A stretch of 20,000 bases of DNA, from IMG/VR virus record IMGVR_UViG_3300030330_002895, positions 48,470-68,469 of that record, one strand, 5' to 3'. Shown piece by piece: positions 1-7,358 of the stretch. The translations under genes were made by a program, and so were the position numbers. Origin of the DNA: an uncultured virus (IMG/VR IMGVR_UViG_3300030330_002895) (Duplodnaviria > Heunggongvirae > Uroviricota > Caudoviricetes). The number at the start of each line of letters is the position of its first letter. The stretch's first letter is position 1. The notes beneath the pieces were generated by a model, which was not told the DNA's origin, searched no databases, and was given only the letters and a program-made list of their open reading frames with translations.

Positions 1-2
1 GA

Positions 3-338
3 GGCGGCAAGGCTTCCTTAGTAGTGTTAGCGCTGTTAGCACTAGGAGGGTGGGGCGAAGAAGATGAAGACGATAGTTTTGTTAAATCTAAACTAGAACA
101 ATTATTGTCAGATATATTTTTAATATCTAATGTAAAACGTTTACACTATATGGCTGCACCGCCTATGTTTCAAACAGGAAAAAATATAACAGAAGGTTTT
201 GCTAACTTTTTTAGCAATGCTAAATACCAAAGAAAAACTAAATATTTTGAAAAAGGTGACCCTAAAGCAAAAGGTAGTTTTATTAAGCTATTACCTAGGT
301 TCTTAAGAGAAGTTGCTTTTGAAAATAAGGATAAATAA
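3..338 (+). CDS. C-terminal end of an upstream protein truncated by the window edge, possibly a large virion/ejection-type protein
   Basis: Frame is open from base 3 (GGKASLVVLALLALGGWGEEDEDD...) to TAA at 336-338, so the GTG at 24 is probably internal. A hydrophobic stretch is followed by an acidic run. Function is a guess. Confidence 0.6.
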   Translation, partial: GGKASLVVLALLALGGWGEEDEDDSFVKSKLEQLLSDIFLISNVKRLHYMAAPPMFQTGKNITEGFANFFSNAKYQRKTKYFEKGDPKAKGSFIKLLPRFLREVAFENKDK

Positions 339-339
339 T

Positions 340-356
340 AATTTGTATATTTGTAT
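340..356 (+). promoter_or_regulatory. Putative Bacteroidota-type promoter (-7 box TAnnTTTG), copy 1
   Basis: AATTTGTATATTTGTAT, containing TATATTTG at 346-353, lies intergenic upstream of ATG 377. An identical 17-mer occurs at 4060-4076. Confidence 0.65.
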
Positions 357-376
357 AATCTATAAAAATAAATAAA

Positions 377-862
377 ATGGCATATTCAACTACTCCAACA
401 GGAACAGTTTCATTAAATATAAACACAGCTGGATACACATCTTCTGATGTGGGCGTTTCAGCAAGAATGTCTTTGCATGACATAACTCATGGAGCAGGTT
501 GTAAAAAAAGCACTGGTCTTAAAAGAGTTTTAGGAACAAATAATAGTGGTGCTGGTATTTTAGTGTTTGACACATCGTCGTTTAGCGCTGCAAGTGCAGC
601 TACTACTAGGGGTAGGGGGTATTTGTATATAAAAAACCCAAACACAACAACTAAAGGTACTAGAAAATTTGAAGTATACGAAACAGATAAAGACCAAAAT
701 TTGTTATGTGAATTATTTGAGGGTGATTTTTTATTTTTACCTGTTACATTGCACGACGGATGTGACATAACTGTTTTGGGTACAGATGACACTCATCCAT
801 TAGAATATATGATAATATATGAAGGAGCAGATGCAGGATATATACCAGGACAAGAATTATAA
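377..862 (+). CDS. Putative virion structural protein, paralog of 881..1306
   Basis: 161-aa T/S/G-rich beta-type protein with YLYIKN...L-x-x-G-D-F-L-F-L-P...LEYMIIYE pattern shared with the next ORF. Confidence 0.6.
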   Translation: MAYSTTPTGTVSLNINTAGYTSSDVGVSARMSLHDITHGAGCKKSTGLKRVLGTNNSGAGILVFDTSSFSAASAATTRGRGYLYIKNPNTTTKGTRKFEVYETDKDQNLLCELFEGDFLFLPVTLHDGCDITVLGTDDTHPLEYMIIYEGADAGYIPGQEL

Positions 863-880
863 TAATTAAAAAAGAAAAAA

Positions 881-1306
881 ATGGCTTTTAATCCAACAAA
901 TCCAGTAGTAACAGCAAATATCGGTGTAAAAAGTTCTACCATATCTAGTTCTCCTATTAATGTATATTGTAATTTTACAATGAGAAAGAGAGGTTCCTTA
1001 ACTGATAATTTAGATGTTGCTAGTGGAGTTCAAAGAATAACAAATGGGCAAACAGCAATAACTACCATTATTACTGCTGCTAATGTTACAAGCACAAAAA
1101 ATGGATATGTGTTTCTTAAAAATTTATCTGCAGTAGCAGGTGAAGAACTTTTAGTTACACTAGGCTCAACGGTAGTAGGTAATGTGCCTCCAGGAGGGGC
1201 AGCTTTAATACCGTATCAAGCAGACAATGATTTTAAAGTAACGCATGCAAGTAATGCGTCACAAGAATATGAATTTCTTCACATTTTTGAAGATACAACA
1301 CATTAA
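881..1306 (+). CDS. Putative virion structural protein, paralog of 377..862
   Basis: 141 aa with YVFLKN...VPPGGAALIP...YEFLHIFE; A-rich start context. Confidence 0.6.
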   Translation: MAFNPTNPVVTANIGVKSSTISSSPINVYCNFTMRKRGSLTDNLDVASGVQRITNGQTAITTIITAANVTSTKNGYVFLKNLSAVAGEELLVTLGSTVVGNVPPGGAALIPYQADNDFKVTHASNASQEYEFLHIFEDTTH

Positions 1307-1317
1307 ATAATATAATT

Positions 1318-1554
1318 ATGGGAAGTTTATTAGACCAAATAGGTGTAAATCAAACAGGAGGCTCAAGAGTAGCATCTTCTAGTGGTTCATCAAAAAAGGC
1401 TAGCCCCAAAAAAGCTAGACCTAAGTCAAAATATAAAAGTAAAAAACTTACTAAAAGTAAAAATATTAAGGTTATGGTGCCAAAAGGTTCTCCTAAAAAA
1501 GCAGCGCCACCACCAAAAAAAGGAAAAGGACCAAAAGGAGGAGGAAGACCATAA
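1318..1554 (+). CDS. Small Lys/Pro/Ser-rich basic protein with SPKK motifs
   Basis: 78 aa with ASPKK, GSPKK and PPPKK; TAATTATG start context typical of this genome. Confidence 0.65.
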   Translation: MGSLLDQIGVNQTGGSRVASSSGSSKKASPKKARPKSKYKSKKLTKSKNIKVMVPKGSPKKAAPPPKKGKGPKGGGRP

Positions 1555-1565
1555 AACTATAAGAT

Positions 1566-2186
1566 ATGCCTATACATAAAACAAGTTTATACGATGCTTC
1601 GTTAATTTTAGCTCCTAACGGCACACTGGACCTTAGGGGTGTTGCTGCTGTTGTGGGAATAGATGTTAATGGAGCGCATAATGCTGGAACAAAAACAGTT
1701 GTTGTAAACGGTACGGACGCAACAGGTTTTTCTGCTGGTGATAAAGTGATAAGTGGACTAACAGGTGAGGCTTTGGGTACTGTAGCATCTTCTGCAACTA
1801 ATTCTGTTACATTTGTAAATGGAATAAAACATTCACTAGTAGATGATGATACTTTAGAATTAGCTCCTAAGTTTGAAATAGTAGGTATTATGCCTTTAGG
1901 TTCTACTGCTACTGCTGGAGGTAATGAAAGTGATGTTGAAATTGATGTATTAATACCTTGTTCAACAGCTTATTTTGGAACACTTGCTCCCAATGGCGGC
2001 TCTTGGCCTGCTTTTGATGACCACGTAACAAGATTTGGTGCTGGAGCAGAAATAGGAGATACCCTTTCTCCTTCTTTAGACTTGCCTTCGGGAACATTGT
2101 TTGAAGGAAGATGGAAAAAAATATCTGTTACTGGTAATGGTTCAGCTATTATATATTTAAAAGCAGCTACTGCTCAAACATTTTAA
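1566..2186 (+). CDS. Putative virion structural protein (GRW C-terminal motif) with an inserted beta-rich domain
   Basis: 206 aa; C-terminal GTLFEGRWKKISVTGNGSAIIYL matches the next ORF; G/T/V-rich segment at about aa 24-100. Confidence 0.6.
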   Translation: MPIHKTSLYDASLILAPNGTLDLRGVAAVVGIDVNGAHNAGTKTVVVNGTDATGFSAGDKVISGLTGEALGTVASSATNSVTFVNGIKHSLVDDDTLELAPKFEIVGIMPLGSTATAGGNESDVEIDVLIPCSTAYFGTLAPNGGSWPAFDDHVTRFGAGAEIGDTLSPSLDLPSGTLFEGRWKKISVTGNGSAIIYLKAATAQTF

Positions 2187-2189
2187 TTT

Positions 2190-2921
2190 ATGAACATAGA
2201 TGACCTATCCAAGTTTTCGCTGGGTCAATATGGGTCGGTGACATTAGATTCTGCTGAACAATTATCTTTAATTGGTTCTAGCAAATATCTTATAGGAGCA
2301 ATACATATATTAAGCAATAGAGAATCTTCATCTACAGATAACTCATTTCAATATTTAGTGGCAAATGACATAAATCCTTTATATTGGGGGACACATTCTG
2401 GTGGCTCTATGGTTTTGCAATTTAATGGAGAAAATATAAATTCTACAGATGACACTATTCAAATTAACAATAGTTTAGATTGGAAGTTTATAAGACCAGG
2501 TCATACATGTAATTATTTTGCAAGAGGACAGTCAGATTCGTCATTAGGGTTAACATCTTGTGTAATAGATGGTTCTAACTTTCATCCAACTACAGCAAAT
2601 AGGGTTTATACTGTTGTAGAAAAAAATGATTACAATAGAACATTAAAATTAAAAGATAGTTCTGGTGCTATAGTAAATTTAACAACACAATCTCCAGATG
2701 TAGCAGGCTCAAAAAGAGCATTAGTTTTTCCAGCCATAACTGCACAAACTACAGCCTTAATAGAAGACTCTTTAGACGCTGATGATGCAAATCATGATGC
2801 TGGACCTTTTGTAGCAGGAGATAATATAGTAGAGGGCGTTATATTGTATGGTAGATGGAATTTTGTTAAATTAGGTGCTTATGTAAGAGCAGTTGCTTAT
2901 TTAATTCCTAAAATTATATGA
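2190..2921 (+). CDS. Putative virion structural protein (GRW motif), paralog of 1566..2186
   Basis: 243 aa; N-terminal SLGQYGS and C-terminal GVILYGRWNFVKLGAYVRAVAYL. Confidence 0.6.
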   Translation: MNIDDLSKFSLGQYGSVTLDSAEQLSLIGSSKYLIGAIHILSNRESSSTDNSFQYLVANDINPLYWGTHSGGSMVLQFNGENINSTDDTIQINNSLDWKFIRPGHTCNYFARGQSDSSLGLTSCVIDGSNFHPTTANRVYTVVEKNDYNRTLKLKDSSGAIVNLTTQSPDVAGSKRALVFPAITAQTTALIEDSLDADDANHDAGPFVAGDNIVEGVILYGRWNFVKLGAYVRAVAYLIPKII

Positions 2922-4060
2922 TTACGCGTGTTAATTATAATCGCGGCAGAAGGTTTTTAAACCCTTTAGAAATAGAAGCTCAATATGTAACAGAAGATAG
3001 AGCTACAAATCCTGATTTGTTATTATGGATAGACTTTACAGACGCAACTTCTTTAAGAAGCGTTAATTCTGGTGGTGTTTCTGCTCCTACAAATGGTCAG
3101 GGAATACAAATTGCACACAATAAGTCTTATGAAACTTCTGGTTCTAATGCGGGCATGGCAAGCGCAGGAGAAAAAGCTCTTGGCAAATATGCTGCTCAAG
3201 TAGGAAGCGCCTCTAAGTGTCCTGTTTTTGTTGACCCAGGAGACGGAACCCCATCTTATGCTACATTTGATGGAGACCAATTTTTAGAAATAACAAAACA
3301 AGTAGGTGCAGCTGTAAATGGTACAGATTTTTCTACAACAGAATTAGATTTGAATAGTTTTTGCATGTATTTTGTGTGTCAAAGAGAAAACCCTTCGGTT
3401 TTAACACGACAAGACGTTATGTTTTTAACATCTAATGATTTTACTGTTGACACTCCAAATCAACATGTGGCTTTTTGTTTTGACCCAGATGCAAGCTATA
3501 GAGCAGTTTTAGAAATGATAGACGGCAATCAAGCTTCTGGAGAAAAGTCAAGATATGTTAGATATGATGATGGAGATGATACAAATTTTCATTATCACGC
3601 ATTTAATGCATATGAAAATTACAATAATAATATACCAGATAGTAAGCATGTTTCTTTGCAAGCAGACGGAACTCATCATCAATTTGGAGAATATAATCAC
3701 AATCCTTCACTATTTCCTAGTCCTTTTTATTCAAGAAGTGGAGTGCCAGGAGGAACTGTATCTGGTCCTTCAGGTTTAGGAAAACAAGGAGGTCATGACA
3801 TAACTTTGCAATTTACTTCTGCTAGTTCACATCATCCAAGTATAACTATAGGTGGACAATCAAGATTTGGAAGCGCAAGCACTCTTCATTCAAAGGGAAC
3901 TTTTAAGGGTAAAATATATGAAGTTTTAATTTTTAAAAGCGAACATGCAGGACCCCCTATAGTTGATGTTTTGTTTTTTAATAAACTTTTTAAACGCAGA
4001 TGGTCTAATATGTATTATTATTTGCAAAGAAAATATCAGTATATATCAGTAAAAATTTAA
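2918..4060 (+). CDS. LamG/concanavalin A-like lectin (jelly-roll) domain protein, probable tail/receptor-binding accessory protein
   Basis: LLLWIDFTD...TFDGDQFL...ITIGG...FKGKIYEVLIF...YLQRKY matches the typical layout of phage LamG-like domains; ATGA overlap with the previous gene. Confidence 0.65.
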   Translation: MITRVNYNRGRRFLNPLEIEAQYVTEDRATNPDLLLWIDFTDATSLRSVNSGGVSAPTNGQGIQIAHNKSYETSGSNAGMASAGEKALGKYAAQVGSASKCPVFVDPGDGTPSYATFDGDQFLEITKQVGAAVNGTDFSTTELDLNSFCMYFVCQRENPSVLTRQDVMFLTSNDFTVDTPNQHVAFCFDPDASYRAVLEMIDGNQASGEKSRYVRYDDGDDTNFHYHAFNAYENYNNNIPDSKHVSLQADGTHHQFGEYNHNPSLFPSPFYSRSGVPGGTVSGPSGLGKQGGHDITLQFTSASSHHPSITIGGQSRFGSASTLHSKGTFKGKIYEVLIFKSEHAGPPIVDVLFFNKLFKRRWSNMYYYLQRKYQYISVKI

Positions 4061-4076
4061 ATTTGTATATTTGTAT
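4060..4076 (+). promoter_or_regulatory. Putative Bacteroidota-type promoter (-7 box TAnnTTTG), copy 2
   Basis: Identical 17-mer to 340-356; TATATTTG at 4066-4073 lies immediately before ATG ATG (4075/4078). Confidence 0.65.
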
Positions 4077-5142
4077 GATGAAAAAGATATTATTATTTTT
4101 TGTATTATTAACTGCCATGTGTAGTTCTCAAAATTTTTTTAAGTATTCTACTTTTTATGCCTCTTCTACAATGGGTTCTTCTACTCTAGAGGATGGCATG
4201 TTTAAAATAGAAAACAAAGAGTTATTAGATATTACAGAAGTGCATGCTTACGACTATAATGTAACATTGGGCTGGAGAAAAGTGGCTCGTTTTGATTATG
4301 AAGGCAAAATTAAGTCTTTTTATGACGGAACTGAGTCTACAATGTCAAATAAGGCTCCTATAGGCAATGCTAAGGGGTTTGAATATTTAGCAAATATATC
4401 TTTAGTTCGAGATAGGGGAGAACAATACATAAATCAGGATTTCTTTTTACGTTATTTGAGTGATTCGTATGTTTTTAAAGCACAGTTTGTGGACAATCAA
4501 AGGGTAGACTTAAAATATGTGTTATCTGAGCTTAAATGGCGTAAAAACGTGGGAAATTGGGATTTTACTATAGGTGGTGCATTTAGAATACACCCAGCAT
4601 ACGGTTTTTTGCCAATATATGAGTTTTGGGACCCAGCTGTAACACCATTTACAGCAATAGCTGAAGACTTTGGTTATGTAAGTGAACAATGGATGCAGGG
4701 TAATTATGTAAATTATGATTGGTTTGATATAAGCAGTGGAGACTCTGTACAGGTAGCACACACAACAGGAGAGTTTATGCAGTACCATTTTGGTAATGCG
4801 ATAGACGATTTTAATGATAGTGAACTAGAAAAACTAGGATTACAAAAAGAATTATCAGTAACACTAGGAGTTGCATATTACAAGTGGACTCCAGAATGGT
4901 GGTTACACGGCTGGATGAATATTCTTCCTTACCACGTAGGCCTTGACGATTACAGTTTTGACTACACGCTACCCCAGTGGGAGGACGACCCTATACCAGC
5001 CGTAATAGAATGGGACGCTGGTCTCGTTATGGGGGTTAGATTGACTAAAAGTTTGGGATTTTTTATGGAGGGTGTTCATCAAAGATATTGGATGAAACCT
5101 GTCTATGAATTTAAGGTTGGTATAAATTATTTATTTTTGTAA
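4075..5142 (+). CDS. Secreted, probable outer-membrane beta-barrel protein
   Basis: Signal peptide MMKKILLFFVLLTAMCSS|Q; aromatic-rich alternating strands; C-terminal YEFKVGINYLFL resembles a BAM beta-signal. Start moved from TTG 4063 to ATG 4075/4078. Confidence 0.65.
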   Translation: MMKKILLFFVLLTAMCSSQNFFKYSTFYASSTMGSSTLEDGMFKIENKELLDITEVHAYDYNVTLGWRKVARFDYEGKIKSFYDGTESTMSNKAPIGNAKGFEYLANISLVRDRGEQYINQDFFLRYLSDSYVFKAQFVDNQRVDLKYVLSELKWRKNVGNWDFTIGGAFRIHPAYGFLPIYEFWDPAVTPFTAIAEDFGYVSEQWMQGNYVNYDWFDISSGDSVQVAHTTGEFMQYHFGNAIDDFNDSELEKLGLQKELSVTLGVAYYKWTPEWWLHGWMNILPYHVGLDDYSFDYTLPQWEDDPIPAVIEWDAGLVMGVRLTKSLGFFMEGVHQRYWMKPVYEFKVGINYLFL

Positions 5143-5143
5143 T

Positions 5144-5893
5144 ATGAAGAAACTAATATCTATATTAATTACTATATCCTCTTTTGCTTTTGGTCAAGGT
5201 TACGACTTTCAACAGTTGTGCTTAGACTGTGCAGCTCAAAATGGATTTTATTGTGGGGACGACCCAGCTAATTGGACTCAGTATTCTCCTAATGGCTGTG
5301 TTCCTAATGGTCAAGGAAACTTGTTTTATCTTAATGACGGGTGGGACGATTGTGTTGATGGAGCTGATGAAGATAACGCAGAACCAACATCACCATTAGA
5401 TTGTTTACCTCCTATTTTAGAAGAGTGTGACACTATATTTGTTGATATACCAATATACATATATGAAACAGAATTTATTTTTGATACTATTGTAGAAACA
5501 GAGTATATTACTAATATAGTAATTGACACAGTGCAAATTGAAACGTTTGTTCCTGAATATATATATGTTACAGACACGGTGTATGTTTATGAAGATGTGT
5601 TAGACACATTGTTTGTAGATGTTGTAGAGTATGTGGATGTAATTGTTTATGACACCGTAGTAGAAACTGAATACGTGGAAATTTTTGTTATAGATACTGT
5701 TACTGAGTATATAGAAATAATAAACACAGAATATATAGATTGCGATACTGGTTTGCCTTGTAACAGTTCGCTTGCAGAAATATTAGATAAATCAACATCT
5801 AATAATTTACTATATAATTTACAAGGGCAAGTAATAAGAAAACCAGAAGGTGTTTACATCGAAGGAGGTAGTATTAAATATAAAATAAATTAA
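5144..5893 (+). CDS. Secreted protein with LDL-receptor class A-like motif, DT(V/I) repeat stalk and T9SS-like C-terminal sorting tail
   Basis: Signal MKKLISILITISSFAFG|Q; FYC...CVP...YLNDGWDDCVDGADE; repeated DT(I/V/L) units; C-terminal LYNLQGQVIRKPEGVYIEGGSIKYKIN. Confidence 0.6.
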   Translation: MKKLISILITISSFAFGQGYDFQQLCLDCAAQNGFYCGDDPANWTQYSPNGCVPNGQGNLFYLNDGWDDCVDGADEDNAEPTSPLDCLPPILEECDTIFVDIPIYIYETEFIFDTIVETEYITNIVIDTVQIETFVPEYIYVTDTVYVYEDVLDTLFVDVVEYVDVIVYDTVVETEYVEIFVIDTVTEYIEIINTEYIDCDTGLPCNSSLAEILDKSTSNNLLYNLQGQVIRKPEGVYIEGGSIKYKIN

Positions 5894-5895
5894 TT

Positions 5896-6120
5896 ATGGC
5901 TTTTAAAGATATTATGGGCAAAATTGGTGGCGCTGTTAAAGGTGCTGCAGGTGCTGGTATGTTAGGACCAGTAGGAATGCTAGCAGGTAAACTTTTAGGT
6001 AAGAAAGGAATGCGAGTAAAAAAAGGAAAGAAAAAAATGATGGGCGGTGGAAAGATGAAATATAAGTATAAAAAAGGAGGCTCTGTAAAAAGAGATATGT
6101 TTACTCAGCAATACGACTAA
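5896..6120 (+). CDS. Small Gly/Lys/Met-rich basic protein ending in QYD
   Basis: 74 aa; glycine-rich amphipathic N-half, Lys-rich C-half, terminal QQYD. Confidence 0.7.
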   Translation: MAFKDIMGKIGGAVKGAAGAGMLGPVGMLAGKLLGKKGMRVKKGKKKMMGGGKMKYKYKKGGSVKRDMFTQQYD

Positions 6121-6482
6121 TGTATACTTACAAAGCAGAGGTAGCAAGAGTTATTGACGGAGACACAATAGATGCTAATATAGATTTAGGGTTTGATGTA
6201 ACCATAAAAAAAAGAATTAGATTAGCAGGCATTGACACTCCAGAGTCTAGGACTAGAGACTTAGAAGAAAAAAAGCGTGGACTAGCGTCTAAAGATAGAT
6301 TGGTAGAGCTTTTAGATAAAGGCAATTTAGTTGTAGAAAGTCAAAGCGTTGGCAAGTTTGGAAGAGTTTTGGGTGTATTACATGTATATCCTGATGATTT
6401 AGACCTGCCTATTAATGTTAATGACACCTTAGTAAAAGAGGGTTTTGCTGTTGAATACTGGGGTGGAAAGAAAAAGAAATGA
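6120..6482 (+). CDS. Staphylococcal nuclease (thermonuclease/SNase)-like protein
   Basis: RVIDGDT, IRLAGIDTPE and GKFGRVLG are SNase catalytic motifs; the MYTY...IDLGF start is typical of phage homologs. Confidence 0.9.
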   Translation: MYTYKAEVARVIDGDTIDANIDLGFDVTIKKRIRLAGIDTPESRTRDLEEKKRGLASKDRLVELLDKGNLVVESQSVGKFGRVLGVLHVYPDDLDLPINVNDTLVKEGFAVEYWGGKKKK

Positions 6483-6694
6483 TGAATATATTTAAGGACG
6501 ATAATAACTGGAACGAAAAATCTATAATTGGATTTGTTGCCTTTGCTATTATGGTCTTAATTATGATAGCTGATTTAGTAACAGGGTGGGTGGGCAAAGA
6601 CCTAGTTATTAATAAGTTTGTATATGACTCCTTTGTGTGGGTAGTTCTTGGATGTTTTGGAATTAGTGGAGTTGAAAAATTCGCAAAAAAATGA
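6479..6694 (+). CDS. Small two-TM membrane protein (holin-like topology)
   Basis: Two hydrophobic segments (IIGFVAFAIMVLIMIA; FVWVVLGCFGISG) and a basic C-terminus EKFAKK. Confidence 0.65.
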   Translation: MMNIFKDDNNWNEKSIIGFVAFAIMVLIMIADLVTGWVGKDLVINKFVYDSFVWVVLGCFGISGVEKFAKK

Positions 6695-6972
6695 AAGAAA
6701 TATCAGAAGATTCTAAATTTGAAGTAAGCCTAAAATCATTAGGAGGCTTAGCAGTTTTAATTTTTGCTTTTGTAGGTATGTGGTTTACACTACAAGCCGA
6801 CATAGCTGAGGCAAAAGAACTTCCAATCCCACCTAAACCAGAAGTTACCAAAATGGAATTTGATATGAAAGACAAAATGATACGTGCAACTATTATGACA
6901 ACACAAGAAGATGTGAAAGAAATTAAAGAAGACATTAAGTATCTTAGAGACAAAATAGATGACATGCAATGA
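6691..6972 (+). CDS. Single-TM protein with C-terminal coiled coil
   Basis: LGGLAVLIFAFVGMWF TM segment, PIPPKP linker, heptad VKEIKEDIKYLRDKID. Confidence 0.65.
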   Translation: MKEISEDSKFEVSLKSLGGLAVLIFAFVGMWFTLQADIAEAKELPIPPKPEVTKMEFDMKDKMIRATIMTTQEDVKEIKEDIKYLRDKIDDMQ

Positions 6973-7358
6973 ATATAGCTAATCATATATTAATTTTATT
7001 GGGTGTTTTATTTTTTATAGTAGGTAGCGCTTTTGGACAGGACTTTGTAAGTTCTGACAACTTTAACAAAACAATAGCAAAAGATGTTGTTGTAGTGGAG
7101 TTTTGGGTAGAATGGAACGCCTCTAATCAATTTGCAGAATTAAACAAATTAAAAGAGTGTGAAAAGTATAGGGTAGATATAGGCAAGTGCAATAAGATAC
7201 AAAACAAATATAATGTATCTGCAATACCAACTGTTTTAGTTTTTGAAAACGGAGAGGAAAGAGAAAGGTTTGGACCTAATATAATGTTTCAATTAGATGC
7301 TGACAAAAAAACAATACAACACTCTGTAGATACAATAATATTAAATAAATTTCAATAA
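6969..7358 (+). CDS. Exported thioredoxin-fold protein lacking the CXXC motif
   Basis: Signal ...GSAFG|Q; VVVEFWVEWNASN replaces DFWAxWCGPC; YRVDI and KYNVSAIPTVLVFENGEE match the thioredoxin C-terminal half with the cis-Pro. Confidence 0.75.
   Translation: MNIANHILILLGVLFFIVGSAFGQDFVSSDNFNKTIAKDVVVVEFWVEWNASNQFAELNKLKECEKYRVDIGKCNKIQNKYNVSAIPTVLVFENGEERERFGPNIMFQLDADKKTIQHSVDTIILNKFQ

Noticed and set aside
295..792. Minus-strand ORFs 295..483 and 487..792
   Set aside because: Antisense shadows of the better supported + strand gene 377..862.
1382..1579. Alternative-frame ORF overlapping 1318..1554
   Set aside because: GTG start without the typical context; 1318..1554 fits the gene packing better.
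4033..4051. Short direct repeat ATATCAGTA x2
   Set aside because: It lies in the 3' end of a CDS in AT-rich DNA and is plausible by chance.
5426..5743. Repeated DNA units as a possible CRISPR array or DGR repeat
   Set aside because: The repeats are degenerate, in-frame protein repeats with no fixed repeat-spacer period, and no reverse transcriptase or cas gene is in the window.
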